64,000 nucleotides of DNA from contig RDEW01000022.1 of assembly GCA_011109175.1 (NCBI GenBank), positions 766,273 to 830,272 of the forward strand, written 5' to 3'. The stretch is from Dicyema japonicum (lineage: Eukaryota > Animalia > Dicyemida). The notes under the pieces were generated by a model. It was not told the origin of the DNA and did not search any database. It saw only the letters and a list, made by a program, of their open reading frames with translations. A program made the translations under genes and the position numbers. Position 1 is the first letter of the stretch; the number at the start of each line of letters is the position of its first letter. Positions 38,412 through 51,787 of this stretch are shown piece by piece.

Positions 38412-39429
38412 TTTTTGTTGTTTCAATGGCATTGAGTTTTAATTAGTAATAGTCCTCAAGTTCCCCCAATTCATCGACGGGGTTCCAATCTAGAACATTG
38501 GTTGGTCCGACCCTTCCTTAGTTGTGAAGCTTTGATTTGCTTGTTAGAGCATGGTAAGTTGGGTTAGTATTTTTCCTATCTTTCCTGTGAATGGGTGTCG
38601 TCTGTTATGGAGTCTTTTTGGATCAGATGGAAGAATCCATTGTCTAATAATTTCCACCGTAATTTTCCCCCAAACTGGAAAACCCCTGGCTGTAATGGGG
38701 CTCATAATTTTTTATCAATATCTTACTGCTCTTGGCAATTTCATATGCGATCACACATTGAAGACTACAACTGGGAAAACTGCTTTCCGAGTTGGTTCTA
38801 CGGTCGTACCACATAACTCATCTTAAACTAATCTGTCAATCCTAAAGAAGCTGGGCACATGTTTGCCTGACTTGTATAAACTTGTCACTGTTGGATAATG
38901 AAAAGATCTGAGTTCATTTCAATCAGTTGCTGACTAAAGGTTAATGTCAAGGTGATAAAGAACGGGTTTATCTAAACAAGCCTTCTTGTCCTGAATGAGG
39001 CAAGTCAGTTTGATGGAATTGGGAGTTATTATCATTTGGTGGCATTAGATAACAAATCTAGCAAAATATTGTGTTCTAACAAATTACGGGAAAAAGTACA
39101 AAGACGTGTTGAAATGTTATTGGTAATAAAATTAAATGCTATTAACTTGTTCAGGGATTTAAAAAATATGTCTTATCACTAGGGCTATTTTTGTTAATCA
39201 AGTCAAAAAATTATCAATCATGGACTCTTAATCAATCTTACGTCTTATCTCGGAGCAACGTTTTTCCCAGAATATTCCGGTGAAGATCCCCAAGGCTCCT
39301 CGTCCTGTCGCTGCGGATGCTCTTTCCAATACAATTGAGGATGCCCTCTGGACGGACTATTACAAGACTGGGTGCTGTCTCACTAATTAGGAGGGTTTAT
39401 GGAAAGGAGTCTTTCGCTGTCCCATAAAG

Positions 39430-40010
39430 ACCAACATTCGTTCTTTTATGGAAAACCAAAAAGTGATAGCAAGGAACTGTTCAAACTATCGTACAAATAG
39501 CCTTAATTCCCCACGTCAGCAAAAATACTTCTAAAGATAATACAACATCGTCTAATGCCGAAATGATTCTACCGGATGTGCAAGCAGGATTCAGGAAGGG
39601 ACGAGGCACACGTGACCATATAGCAAATGTCCGGTGGATTATGAAGAAAGCTCATGAATCCCAAAAGAGTGTATACATGTGCTTCATTGACTATCGGAAA
39701 GCTTTTGATTCCGTTATACATAACAAGCTGTGGTCCGCTTTAAAAGAATTTGGATTCGATGCCCATCTGATATTATCAAATCTCTTTATAAGGATCAATA
39801 AGCTATTTTTAGAACAGTGTATGGAGATACCGATTTGTTGCTAGGAAGAGAACACCTGGCCGACCGAGGACTCGGTGGCTTTCCACGGTGGAAGACTTCA
39901 CGGGAATGTCTATATCAAGGCTACTCCAAATTGCAACGGATCGGGGAGAGTGGAAGATACTCGTTCATGAGATCTCCAAGGGTCGGACATGACTTAATTG
40001 GACAACATGA
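39430..40010 (+). mobile_element. RTE/BovB-like LINE, internally deleted
   Basis: LPDVQAGFRKGRGTRDHIANVRWI..CFIDYRKAFDSV and a BovB-like RVGHD terminus. Confidence 0.85.
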
Positions 40011-40399
40011 CATAAATAACATGGAAAACCAATTTCTTCAATTACCCCACATTTTTAGGTAATGGTTAGGGTGATTGTGTCAATAAATTCATATGTTCTT
40101 TAAAATTGTTTAAAACTTGTCAGTATGTTTAAAAGAGGACTACCAGAGGATCGGAAAAAATTTCAATTCCATTGATGACCTGGATGATATTCGAATGCGA
40201 GCATAGAAAAAAGGTCCTGGAAACTGATGACAGCGAGGATTGTTGAAACTATGGCTCAAGCGAACCCCGACCTTGTCAGTGCAACGCGAAAGAACTAACT
40301 TAACTAAAAATGTAGTTCTTATTTAAAAATATTATGAAAATCAAAAGTTTATAAAATCAAAAAAATCTCCTTAGCATAATAGCTATATTGCTAATATGA

Positions 40400-40712
40400 A
40401 GCGCGAGTCGTGTGTCGCCAACGGTAGTGTGGGGCTATGTGGATACTTGATTGAAGATATTTGTCTCTTCTGTTACTTCCTCTTACTTTTTAATAGTGTA
40501 TCGTTATGTAATCATAGTGCTAAGGTTGCATGAAAAAGGATCATTTACTCTACCCACTCCACTGGAGGGGTTCTCATAACTGCAAGGAATGAATATCTTC
40601 CACCTTTTATGCTGGTTCTGAGTGAACTTGTGTGACATTGGGAGGACATTCTGTGACAGTGGAAACTGGATACATTTAATTAGTTGTTAACTTCTTTCTC
40701 GTGGGTTAATAA
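40400..40712 (+). mobile_element. Diverged copy of the structured SINE-like family
   Basis: AAAAAGGATCATTTACTCTACCCACTCCACTGGAGGGG core and GGAAACTGGATACATTTAATTAGTTG terminus. Confidence 0.75.
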
Positions 40713-41269
40713 CATTGGGTTGTTGAGTTTAGAACATTCACCCTATGAAGAAGCAAACAAGTTCGCCCGAAGATTGCTAGGAAACCTCAGATTTAAGAAA
40801 AGTAGGAATTATATGGGCTGAATCTCAATGGAAGACCCATATGACCATCATCTTGGAGTTCCTCCGTAAAAGGTATATCACACTCCCAGATTAGGATCAT
40901 CCTGTAAATAACACCATATTATCTCACATCAAAGATTAGAGAACATTCACTTGCCACTATTTAACTGGAGGGAAAATAAATCAGTTGATACGGAGAGATC
41001 ATCACTCCTATGAATGAGACATCTTCTGATCTGAGAGTATCTCTGCTTTCTTCAAAATTCAAGACGGAAACACGTTTTCAAGAACATAGACAATTTAACA
41101 ACCACGTGTTTAACTATAATTATGCCAGAAGGCATGTATACAACTTTGTCCAAAGGTTTGTCCCTAACCAGTCAATTGAATAATATGTCACATGGACACC
41201 ACGTGTTTACTACAATTATGCAATATGCCAGAAGGCATGTATACACCTTTGTCCTAAGGTTTGGAAAAG

Positions 41270-41568
41270 TCGATTGTTCGGATGATTGGAAAAAAAATCA
41301 AGATCTAATCCAGAAAATTATAGACCAATTAGTCTTATTTGTTCAACTTCAAAAATTATGGAGAAAATTGTCTTCAATAGATTATCAAAAGTGGTTGAGG
41401 AAAACAATTTTCTTGCAAACAATCAGTGAGGGTTTTGTAAAAATAGAGGAACTGAAGACTGCATCCGGAACTTAGGAAGTCAATTTAAGAATCTATAAGT
41501 AAGAAAGAATACCTTACTGCAACGTGTTTGGACATATCCAAGGCTTTTGACAGTGTCTGGCATGAAGG
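41270..41568 (+). mobile_element. LINE RT fragment
   Basis: NYRPISLICSTSKIMEK and DISKAFDSVWH. Confidence 0.7.
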
Positions 41569-41593
41569 NAGGAGTAGTAATGTAATTCGTATA

Positions 41594-43259
41594 CAGTGCA
41601 CAAAGTGCCTCAAACTGGGGTTATTGTCTTTCCATTCTAAAATCTTTTATTTTAAACTATATAAATGTAAAAAATGGTAAGAGATTTTATTTTATGATTA
41701 ATAATATCTATAAAGTCGCTCTTTAACGAAGTAATCGGTTATTTTTCCTCCAATTCTGTAACCATTTTGGATGTTTCTCATTACTGTCATTCGGAATTCG
41801 TAGAATTTTTTTAATGACTTTGGTGTTATGCTAAAAATGTTCTGTTTCATAGTATTCAAAGTTTCCAGAATTTGTTTCTCTGTCACGTCCTCGTTTTCAG
41901 CTATATCTCCATTATATATAAAAGTGTCGCATTCAATAGTTTCTTCATCATCAGCCTCGGTTAATATTTCATTTACAGCTTCGGGATCATCAATATTTAA
42001 GACATCACGATTTTTTCAATTTGTTTCCAACAATCTGTGATTGAAATTTCTGTACTTCATTTCAATTTTTTGAAGCCAGCATTACAACCTGACGAAGGTT
42101 NCATCAGTTAGGCGATCATCAATATTTAAGACATTACGATTTTTTTCAATTTGTTTCCAACAATCTGTGATTGAAATTTCTGTACTTCATTTCAATTTTT
42201 TGAAACCAGCACAACCTGACGAAGGTTTAGTTTTGAAAGACGTTTTTTAAGATCACTTTCGATGTCCCGAAGACATAAAAATTCGATTAAAAAATTTGAG
42301 TAATAGTTTTTGAATATTTTTATGATCCCCATATCTAATGGCTGTGTATAGGGTGTCGTATTTTTAGGAAAAAAAAGAATTCGATATTGTAGCATTCAAT
42401 AGTTTTATGACATCCTGTATTATCAAGTATAATAATATTTTTTTGTTGAGTAACCATGACCAGCTTTTAAAAATGTTCCCAGTCATCCATGCACTTTTGA
42501 AAACACCAAAATCTTCAACATCGAAATTTTTGAAACAGCGAGGTTTATTATATTTCCCAATAATCAATGGTTCAAGTTTTTCACCCTCATAATTGCAACA
42601 TAGAAGTACTGTAATTCTTTCTTTGGATTGTTTGTATCCAGATGGTTTATCATCACTTTCAACAAATGTCATTTTTATATAAAGTGATGTTTCATCACAA
42701 TTGAATACATTTCCTCTTCCATATTCAATTATTTTCTGATCAAATTTATTATAAAAGGCATTGATGTGAGATAAATCGCATGAATTTTTTTCGCCGCACA
42801 TTGTTTTAAATTTTAGTTCATGTCTGACCTTAAATCGGTCGAGCCAACCATTAGATCATTTGAATTGAATTCAATCCAATTCTTGCTGCAACAATAAAGC
42901 CCATTTTTTAATGATTGGCCTTGATATTGGAAAATTATTTTTTCTGAGTTTCTGGAATATTTCAAATACTTTGTGATCAAATAATTTATGTCTTTCTGAA
43001 GTTATAGTAGTCTCATCCTCAGTGTTAACTCTTCCATAGCGTAAAATTGGAAAATTGATTTTCTTTATTCGTGCAATTGTTCCTTTACTGGTTTTATATT
43101 TAATAATTCGTTCCGATAATTCTTTTTTAATCGATTTTGCAATTTTTAATTTTGTTTCATGTGCCCCGGTTTGGGGCTCCAGAAAATTTCTAAATATGGA
43201 AATTAATGCTGGTAAAAATAGACTCCAAATTAAAATTGCCCCGAAACGGGGTTGGACTG
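41594..43259 (-). mobile_element. Tigger/pogo DNA transposon (CENP-B HTH plus DDE_1), decayed
   Basis: GWLDRFK, FNCDETSLY, KERITVLLCCN..KLEPLIIGK and PKNTT...QPLDMGII; CAGT..ACTG ends with TA on the left. Confidence 0.88.
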
Positions 43260-43925
43260 CATCCAGATTACTTTCCTAAAGAGGACACTAAAAACATGCC
43301 CGATAAATTTTGAATTAGAGAGAAAGAGTGCCGGAGGGTCTATTTGTTGTGACTAGACGTTATGTTCCCTATGACCTCGGTACACGAGCCTCTTCTTTAT
43401 AATCGGTACACGAGCCTCTTCCCTTTGAGGTCTTTGTAAGGAAACGGGCGTACAACTCACTACAAATAGAAGAGCACAAAAATGTGGAATGTGAGTGAGA
43501 TCCCATTAAATGAGATTCTTTTCTAAGATATTCTGTGGGTCCAATATATACACGTTGACTTTGGTAAGGCTGCTCATCAATGTTTCATTCTTGATAAGAA
43601 TTCCTTGAGCGTATTTAGAATTCCATTAGAACGTGATGATCACATGATATTAGATTATTAAGATTAGCCAAAGGGATTAACAAATCAAACACGTTGTAAT
43701 CTCGACAATACCACATAATTGGATACGAAAATGATAATGGTTTCAAAATTTATAAAAAATACATAAAATAATTTTTAATAAAATATAAAATTTGAAATAA
43801 AATATATTGACTTGTTATCCCGGTCATTTTATTTTTACAAAATAATTTATTTATATTTAAATAATAAATAATTTTAATAATATTATTATTGTCGTAGCAT
43901 AAAAAATTATAAAAATAATTTTGAC

Positions 43926-45136
43926 ATGAAGGATGGAAGCGTCGTTGACAACTTCCAAATCCTGCTACAATTATGTATGATGCAGTCACTATTTTAGACA
44001 ACAACAAGGATTCCTCAACCTCAGTGCATTTGGCACGTAATAAACACACCAAAATGTATTGCACCATCAAAATCAAAAAGCTTCCTTCCCTCGAGGATTC
44101 AGATATCTCTAATCTCCTGGTATGCGGTAAACTAACTTACCAGAATGAACTGAAAATAATGCAGTTTTGTCGACATCAAAATGTCATAAACTGCCTTCAC
44201 TCTTTCGTCTATTCTCATTCTGTTTGCTTTATCACTCCTGCCATGACTTATGGTACATTTGACTCTTCATTTGAGGCTCCGCTTGGGATCTGGTACAGTC
44301 TCACTTTTGTTACGGGCTTCCTCACCATTTCATATATTGGATCATCTACTCCGTTCTTTCAGGGCTAGAATATCTCCACCAAAACTCAATAACACACAGG
44401 TTACCTTTATTGCTATTTCAGAACCCTTTCCTCCTCCCATATTCTTATAAACAAATCAGGAGTCGTCAGAATTAGTGGACTGTCAAGTTGCTATTCGGAA
44501 GGTGAACCAATCCACTCATATCCCCGGTCTTTGACTGAATTCATCACACTGCATGCCCCAGAGGTACTTAAACAGGTGTACTTGTGCCATCAAACTAGAA
44601 TCTTTTAGGCTATTCCAGTAAATGCGATATTTACAGTCTTGGCATAACAATATGTGAGTTGATTAACGGATTCTCACCCTACAGCACACTGGATCCGACC
44701 AAAGTGCGATTTTGTTTTACTTAAGATATTTCTGCTTAAACTTTACGGGGAGAAGATAGTACCATGCATGCACAACAACTTCATAGAGTACGCAGACTGT
44801 ATTCATGTTTGACTATTTCAGTGATCGACAGGATATTCAAAGGAAAGGACATTGAACGGACGTATTCGGTGTACAGACGTCGTGTTGTGGAGACGAAACT
44901 GATGGGTTTCATTGACAAATGCCAAACTTACGAACCAGACGAACGGTTCTGTATCCTTTAACCTCAGGCCTTCCGCAACTCAGTTACTGCAGTATCCCCT
45001 GATCAGACAGGCCAGAAAAATGGGGGACTTGATTTCCAAGAAGATTCGTTCTATTTTATTCCCAATTGTACCGATAACCCGTTTGTGGTGTAATATAAAC
45101 TCAGATACCCCTGACATGGAGTCCACTGTAGAATAA
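43926..45136 (+). CDS. STRAD: STE20-related kinase adaptor pseudokinase (LKB1 activator); multiple tiny introns
   Basis: Spliced YGSA.DL..HF..G, LEYLH...THRTLSSSHILI, ISGL (for DFG), [28 protein letters not shown].NG and RPSATQLL. Confidence 0.88.
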
Positions 45137-45174
45137 AATAACGTTTATAATTTTTAATCGCAAAATTGATTTTG

Positions 45175-46803
45175 TTATTTTTCTGGCTGATCTTGGTTGT
45201 GCAGGTCCAATAACTTGACGGCGGAGAGAATGTCCTCTGATTTGATCCCCGTGGCCACAAGTTGGCGAAAAACTTGAGACTTGGTAGTTTTGGAAGGGTT
45301 CCATAGACAGAATCCCAGAACAACGTCGTTTTCTAGGTAAAAGACTACTCCCCGTCTTTCACTGAGAGGCTTGGAAAAGTTCTGGTCGAATACTGAGACN
45401 GAGGATGTCCTCTGATTTGATCCCCGTGGCCACAAGTTGGCGAAAAACTTGAGACTTGGTAGTTTTGGAAGGGTTCCATAGACAGAATCCCAAAACAACG
45501 TCGTTTTCTAGGTAAAAGACTACTCCCCGTCTTTCACTGAGAGGCTTGGAAAAGTTCTGGTCGAATACTGAGACTGTTTGAAGGCTAGAATCCACAACTC
45601 CGCATCCCTCCAGTTCTACGGGGCCGATGTAAGTCCATAGCATTGGGATGACGTCATTCATTCTATCCCCACCTGTCATGTTTATCCCCGCTATTCTCCC
45701 CGACATGAAAGCGTTATCATACCCTATAAGAGACCGTTTTCCAAGGTAAGGACTGTCCACCAAAGTCAGATCCCCAGCTGCCCAGACATTGGGGGCTACT
45801 CTCAAATACTCATCAGTTGGAACTTTACCATTCTTCAATACTAAGGGAAAAAATATGTCTTTTGGTTCTCTCTTGGACTTTATGTCTAAGAAAATGTCCC
45901 CTTTGACCTCCTTATCCTTCCCCACGTGCACTTTCACTTTTCCTTTGATATTTTCAAAGGTAATATCTCCTCCGTCGTCAATTATCACGTTCATTCCGTA
46001 GTTTAAGAGTTCAACCTCCGCAATTTCGGCAAGATTATGTGGAATTATGGAAGACAGAAGTAATTCATCTTTTCTGCGGATCAAAGTAAGGTTGAATTCA
46101 CGTCCTGGGTGAGTCTGAAGGATTGAAATTATCTGAGCCACCAGAGGAGAATCCCCCCGAATAATAATATCAGTTGAGTTCCCCAATACCCCAAAAACAT
46201 GCACGAAATCATCAAAAGTGGACAAATCGTGTCTTTTTGAAGAAGAAGAAGAAACCAAAGCAGTTGGAGAAATAAAGCAGCGATCAAAAACAACAGAGTC
46301 ACTCCCAAACTTAGCGATACCACGTGCCAAGTCAAGTTTTTCTACCGTCAAGTTTCTGGCCATAAATAGAGCCCCAGTGTCAACATTGGAGTATTCTGAG
46401 ACATCCAAATAAAAATTGGGAGTCTCAAAGAAAACTTTTTTGAAGGTCGAGTAGAGCTGGTCTTTCAATTGAAAAGTAACGTCCTTTCCGACGTCGGCAA
46501 ACTCTCTGGGAAAAGTCTCTCTTATATATGGAGGATGATCACCCTGGCAGACAATGACAACCTGGTATTAAAAAGAAATAGCACCTTAGATGAAACATCA
46601 CGAGCCCGGATAGCTTGAGCTGCAGAGAAAACCTCTGGTGTGTCCCCAATTAGCAAATACTGCACGTGTGGTGGTAGAATTCTTTCTATTGGTAAATCTC
46701 TCTGTATATGTGAGTGGTAGTAGTATGCTGAAGAAGCGCCAAGAATTACAGAAATACTCCCGGAGAAGATTCTTGGTAATAGCTTGGCAAAAATACGAGG
46801 CAT
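45175..46803 (-). CDS. AIFM1: Apoptosis-inducing factor-like mitochondrial flavoprotein, highly divergent; C-terminal part duplicated by an assembly overlap
   Basis: Basic N-terminus plus TM segment, PPHVQYLLIG..FSAA.AIRARD, VWAAGD, A..SGRIAG.NMTG, G.VDSSL.TVSVF and GVVFYL..VVLG..LWN; one intron near 46564-46584. Confidence 0.85.
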
Positions 46804-46984
46804 GCACGCCAAATTTAAAAAATAAGTTATTCCAATTATTCATTAAAATATCTTTTTTTTAATTTTATTTTTCAAATTTTAAATTTTAAAAGTGTTCTAC
46901 GTATTATAATTTTTAAATAATGAAATTTTACGTTTATATTATGTATGTTGTTTGATTAGATCAGGCAGAGTAGTGGTTATTACT

Positions 46985-47280
46985 GTCGATCGTGTCGTGA
47001 CTAGCTATAGATTCGATTTCTTCATCGCTATATGCCTGGTCGAAGTATTCTATTCTTCACTTTGCCCTCTTCAATTTCTGCGAGTTGTCATGCGATCCGC
47101 ATGTCTAAGGAGACTCCCGATCAACATCCAGTAAAGATTTATCTCTTACCTACTCCACTGGAGGGTTCTACAATATGGATGGACGTGATGTTTGGAATAG
47201 ATGCATCTCACTCTGACTGTGAGAACTAGGATCAATTAATTAACTGGGGTCTCTTTTCCTTTCTTTTTACACCAGTGATC
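46985..47280 (+). mobile_element. Diverged copy of the structured SINE-like family
   Basis: GTCATGCGATCCGCATGTCTA, CTCCACTGGAGGG and a GGATCAATTAATTA..CCAGTGATC terminus. Confidence 0.6.
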
Positions 47281-47707
47281 GTTTTGCGAATCGTAAGTCG
47301 CTACAAGTTACACGCAGTTATTGTACGTTCATTCGCACAAGGATGATCGATCGCATGGAAGGTGAAAACATAGACATTATAATCCAATGCATTACGTCAA
47401 TCATTAAGATTAACACGTGTCATCAATAGTCTGCATCATAGAATGCGTCAGACATGCAATTAAATGCAATGATGTAGTTAAGAATATTAATGCTCTTAAA
47501 AATTGAAAAAAACCTAGTTCTAAACGATTTGGAAATATCTCCGAAAAGTTATAGGCTATGGAGCCATTTGGTTTTACATTCCTTGGACGACCTTCCTCAT
47601 GTTCGAAAGAATTTATGTTCTCTAATTAATTATGCAAGGTTTTTTAAGTGAACTCGTTCAAACAAAATCTACTTTTCATTAATAACAATTGCCGCTAAAT
47701 TAACCAA

Positions 47708-48345
47708 ATCTCCGAGGGATTAATATTTACGGATTTTCTTGGCTTCCGCCTGGTCGGCTGCATCTCCAGCGTGGGAGTATGGGAATAACGTCATGCCGTG
47801 CGGCCTCTTCCCGTCGCCTCTGTCTAAGCCCAAAGGTTCCAATTGGGCCGGAAATCCCGCGGCTTTAAAAACTCAAAAAATGATGTCATTGAGGGCTGCG
47901 TGACGCGGGGCTCGACCAGCGCTTCGTCGGCAAGATAGTGGATGTAAGCCTTTCGCATCAACGTCCCCGCCGGAACAGCATTTGTGTCTCTGGCACATGT
48001 CCAGTCCTGTCCTAGGCGCAGTACTGTTTTCCGATCCTCAGGCTGTTTTCGTCAAGGAGGGTCCCCAGATGTGGGCACGGTAGGACTTCGAGCCAGACTC
48101 CATTTCCGTGATTTGCGGCCGAGAAAATCTGTAAATACGAATCCCTCGGAGACCAATACCATTTTACACCCATTGTTGTGGAGACAACTGGAACCACAAG
48201 AAAGAAGACGGACGCCTTTCTCTCCAGCATTGTTAGCAAACTCTCCTCAAAAAGGTTTGAGCCACGGGAGAGTCTCTGGTTGAGACAGAGGCTCGAAATG
48301 GCGATTTTCAGAGGTAACGCCTTCGCCATTTTGTCGTCCTAGTTA
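47708..48345. mobile_element. CRE-like element 3' end with an inverted 5' segment
   Basis: Minus segment [21 protein letters not shown] ends at KY.SLGD; plus segment restarts at KYESLGD and runs to RLEMAIFRGN..*. Confidence 0.75.
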
Positions 48346-48533
48346 TTTATAATTTTAAAAATAAATTCTCTTAAAAAAATTAATTAAATTATTAAACCTA
48401 AAAATTAATGAAAATTTTATGAAAACGAGTACTTATTTTTAAAGTTATTAATTTATTGTTGATTAAAATAATAATAATAAATAATCAAAATCAATAATTT
48501 TTTGAAATTATTGACGACGTGAGGATTAACTAA

Positions 48534-49765
48534 ATGGAGATTAACGAAAAGAACGTAGTTAATCTAATAAATAAATCATTGGAAAATCCTTTAATAAGTC
48601 GTTATTTTTCAGGTAAGTCTTGTGGATTCATTAGGCACTCATAAATTGCTTGAATAAGTACAATCTAAAAGTAGACCTCGTAGGCACAGAAATCGACAAA
48701 AAAGTCAATACCTTGGACCCCAACAAAATCCTAAAAGCCCTCTTTGTCTGGCATAGTATCATCATCAACTGCAGAAACAAAGTATTCCCCCTTTTATATT
48801 TGAGGATTTTCTAAACCGCTTCTATGCAAATAGAACTGCCAAGATTCGGCAACTCAGGTCCTCCTGTGAACTCATAGCCAATTCTTCTATCTGTGAGAAC
48901 AGTGATGACCTTATTCTGCACTATTTGAAGTTTCTGGAACTCAGATCAAGCCACGTTTATGAGGAAGTTGTTAACAATTTTATGACTATTCAGGTTCCCC
49001 CCATTTCATTAATTCAGGGGAAACTTGAAAAGATTACCACGATTGGAGAGATAATGACGTGTTTACTGGAATTGGTTGTTTTTCTGGTTAATCCAGATCA
49101 AATACTCGAATAGAGACTCATCACTCGCGACCATTGCACTCAAGGAACTGAACCAAGTTACCCACGTGTATTCCAGGGAGATTAAGCTCCTGCATAGTTG
49201 TGGTACGAACTAAGGTGTAGAAAATCTCGAGTCTGTCCCCAATTTGTCCCTTAGACCAATTTTTTCGGCTATCCTCACATATGAAGAGCATGTGGTATCA
49301 CTAAACCACCTCAGGGGTAGAAACACGCGGGTAGAATGTAGGCTGGAGTCCTGTTTCGCTGTATTTAGGGGGTAGTCAATCCTAGAACAAGGATGAGGTC
49401 AAGAGGACGGCTCAATTGGTCACCAAGAATGAGACTTTGCTGTTTGTTTGTGAATTTAGTAATTTAGACGCAACAGTTCTCTCCTTTTTAATCTGAGGAC
49501 TTCGAATGGGCAAGTTCTGGTTGACCATCAACTTGGTTTGCTACGAAAGATGGTATTTTTGTAGTTATTTTGTCAGACTCGAGGTTTTTCCAATACCGGT
49601 TGTGGTGTGTAATGACTCGTAGGTCCAACCTTATTCAGTTTGTCATTCTCAGAGCGATCTGTTGAATGTGGAGACCTTGATACTCTGTTTGGTTGTGGTT
49701 GGCAAATATTTGTAGGGACTATTAATGATGGGAGAAGAAATGATGATTTAATCTATTTTGATTGA
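48534..49765 (+). CDS. Probable ANTH/ENTH/VHS-superfamily adaptor with many tiny introns; first junction out of frame, so possibly a pseudogene
   Basis: KILKALFVWHSII and DLILHYLKFLELR resemble ANTH helices; C-terminal DDLIYFD; about 10 GT..AG segments of 22-29 nt. Confidence 0.5.
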
Positions 49766-50089
49766 CTTATTAAAATAATATTGACATTAACTAGCTTTCT
49801 GTTCTTACCAACTTGTACGAGACCAGCAGTTATTAATAAACATGCTAATACGAGGTAATTGTCTATGTGGCGACAATTGGATGTTAGTTTTACTCGAACA
49901 GCTAAGAATCACAAATATTCGTCTATCAATTGGTTCTAACATCAGGGAAGTAGCACTGGGTGATGGAGACTACTGAGCGAGCACAAAACTTGATTGGCTC
50001 CTTTTAATACTCACAGGGGATTCCGAACATAACCTCGGGTCTTATAAAAACGGTATATTCCTGAACATAAACAAATCCACTGAATTATT

Positions 50090-51450
50090 GATTTTCAATG
50101 GCATTTTGAGTCAACACAGCGAGTGGAATAAACTGCATTTGCTAAGTCAGCATATTTCTCGACAATATTTAGAATTTCATAGCGGCCGAGCAGGCTCTAT
50201 AGTTACTCTTTAGTAGGTTGCTAGGAGCGGATGTGTCAATGCAAGTGACGCACCGAATCAGAGGTATCACGGCTTTAAATGAGAAGAGCATAGAAAAGTG
50301 TCCGGCAGTTAGTCTGAAAACTTCGTTCAGGGCCTTGTGTCTGTGAGATTTGCTCACACTCTTCTTACAGGCGAGTGGATGCAAGACAAAGGATTCAATT
50401 TTCTCGACATCGGCATGGATGCGGCAGATAGATTTTCAATCTGGATCTTAATGAGATCCCAAAATGAACGAATTCATTATCCAGAAAGGTACTTAAAACT
50501 CCACTTGAAATGGCGTTGAGCCAAGTTCTACATTCGGAAGATGCTCCCGACAACAAAAGAGCTCAGCGGTGTTGGTTAGATGACTCCAGTAAATCCTTTG
50601 TAGAGCTTTCCCAATCGCACATTGATTGGTCCGATATAATGCTTCTCAGAAGAAATGCTTATTGTAAGTGAAATTTTTAAAGATGTCATAACGTCTGAAA
50701 ACTTGTTTCAAAGTGGAATCAACACCTTCGAATCACGGGTAATAATATCTTGGGGTCATCCATGAACTCACTTTCGAATTACGAAAGACAATATCTAGGG
50801 ACGGGTGGCTAAGTTTGGTGACTCGATTGCAGAGGTCCGTGAAGGTCTCCTTGTTACGCTCCAGAAGAAAAAGGGATTAAGTAGTCTCCGAAGAGTAAGA
50901 ATGATAGTAGACTACTGGTTCACCATTTGGAAGATATTTGGGGATCTTTCCATACACGCTTCCGTAGAATGTTGAATACGTTCTTTATGTCCAAATTGAA
51001 AAGTCCTTGGGAATCTGCCGCGGTTTTGGAATATTAGACTTCTCATCCGAGACGTAATCCGACTCCTACTTGAAGAAAGCTTAAGAATTGTTTTACAAGA
51101 AGAATAAAATATCGGGGGGCAATCTTGGCAGCCTCCAGAAAACAAAGTCGACCTCAATTGAACTCACTTCAAATCTCCTTTTATCGAAGGCAATCAGGTT
51201 GGCAAAAACAGTGGCTGAACATTTCAGGATGTTTTCCAGACAAATCTGGTTCATAAGTAAGGTAATTGATTCTATAAGGTTAAGTTCTGAATCTCCAAAG
51301 GACAAAAAAGTCAGGTCTTTTAAATCACCAAATCTCATTCCGTCAAGGACTCAGAGTTAGTTTGTGAAATATCCAATAAGCAATAGAAAAAATCGTTGGC
51401 AAGTATCTAGTCCCCCAATCTTGTTAATTGACAACTCATTGAAAGCGGCA
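50090..51450 (-). mobile_element. Degenerate CRE-like non-LTR element
   Basis: HPLACKKS...RHKALNE, CIDT and PLFLLER-like remnants. Confidence 0.7.
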
Positions 51451-51787
51451 GTCATATCAGGCAGTTCCTTGAACAAAATCCTTCTCAAATACGTTAAAAT
51501 CTGCTCAAAATATGAGATGGTGCCATGCCAAACGAAAGGCTAATGCAGAATCCCCATCCGTCTTGTCCATCCCCTTGTCGGTTAGTGATCACATAGTTAA
51601 GACTCTCTTTCCCTCCCTTTAACTCGGTGATCCTGGGGCGATAAATAAGACTGCACTACAATAGTTTTTGCTATACATGATGACCACTTAAGGGTAAATA
51701 CGGCAACACTACTAAGCACAGCCACGTGGATGGAATTCTCCAAAAAGATACAGCCACACGGAAGAAGTGATCAAATCACCATTAAAA

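Noticed and set aside
45232-45575. Apparent tandem duplication of the AIF C-terminus; similar duplications flank the single Ns at 42101, 53496, 54547, 59826 and 61249
   Set aside because: Each near-identical pair is split by a lone N, the pattern of overlapping contig or haplotype ends joined in scaffolding. Not treated as biological.
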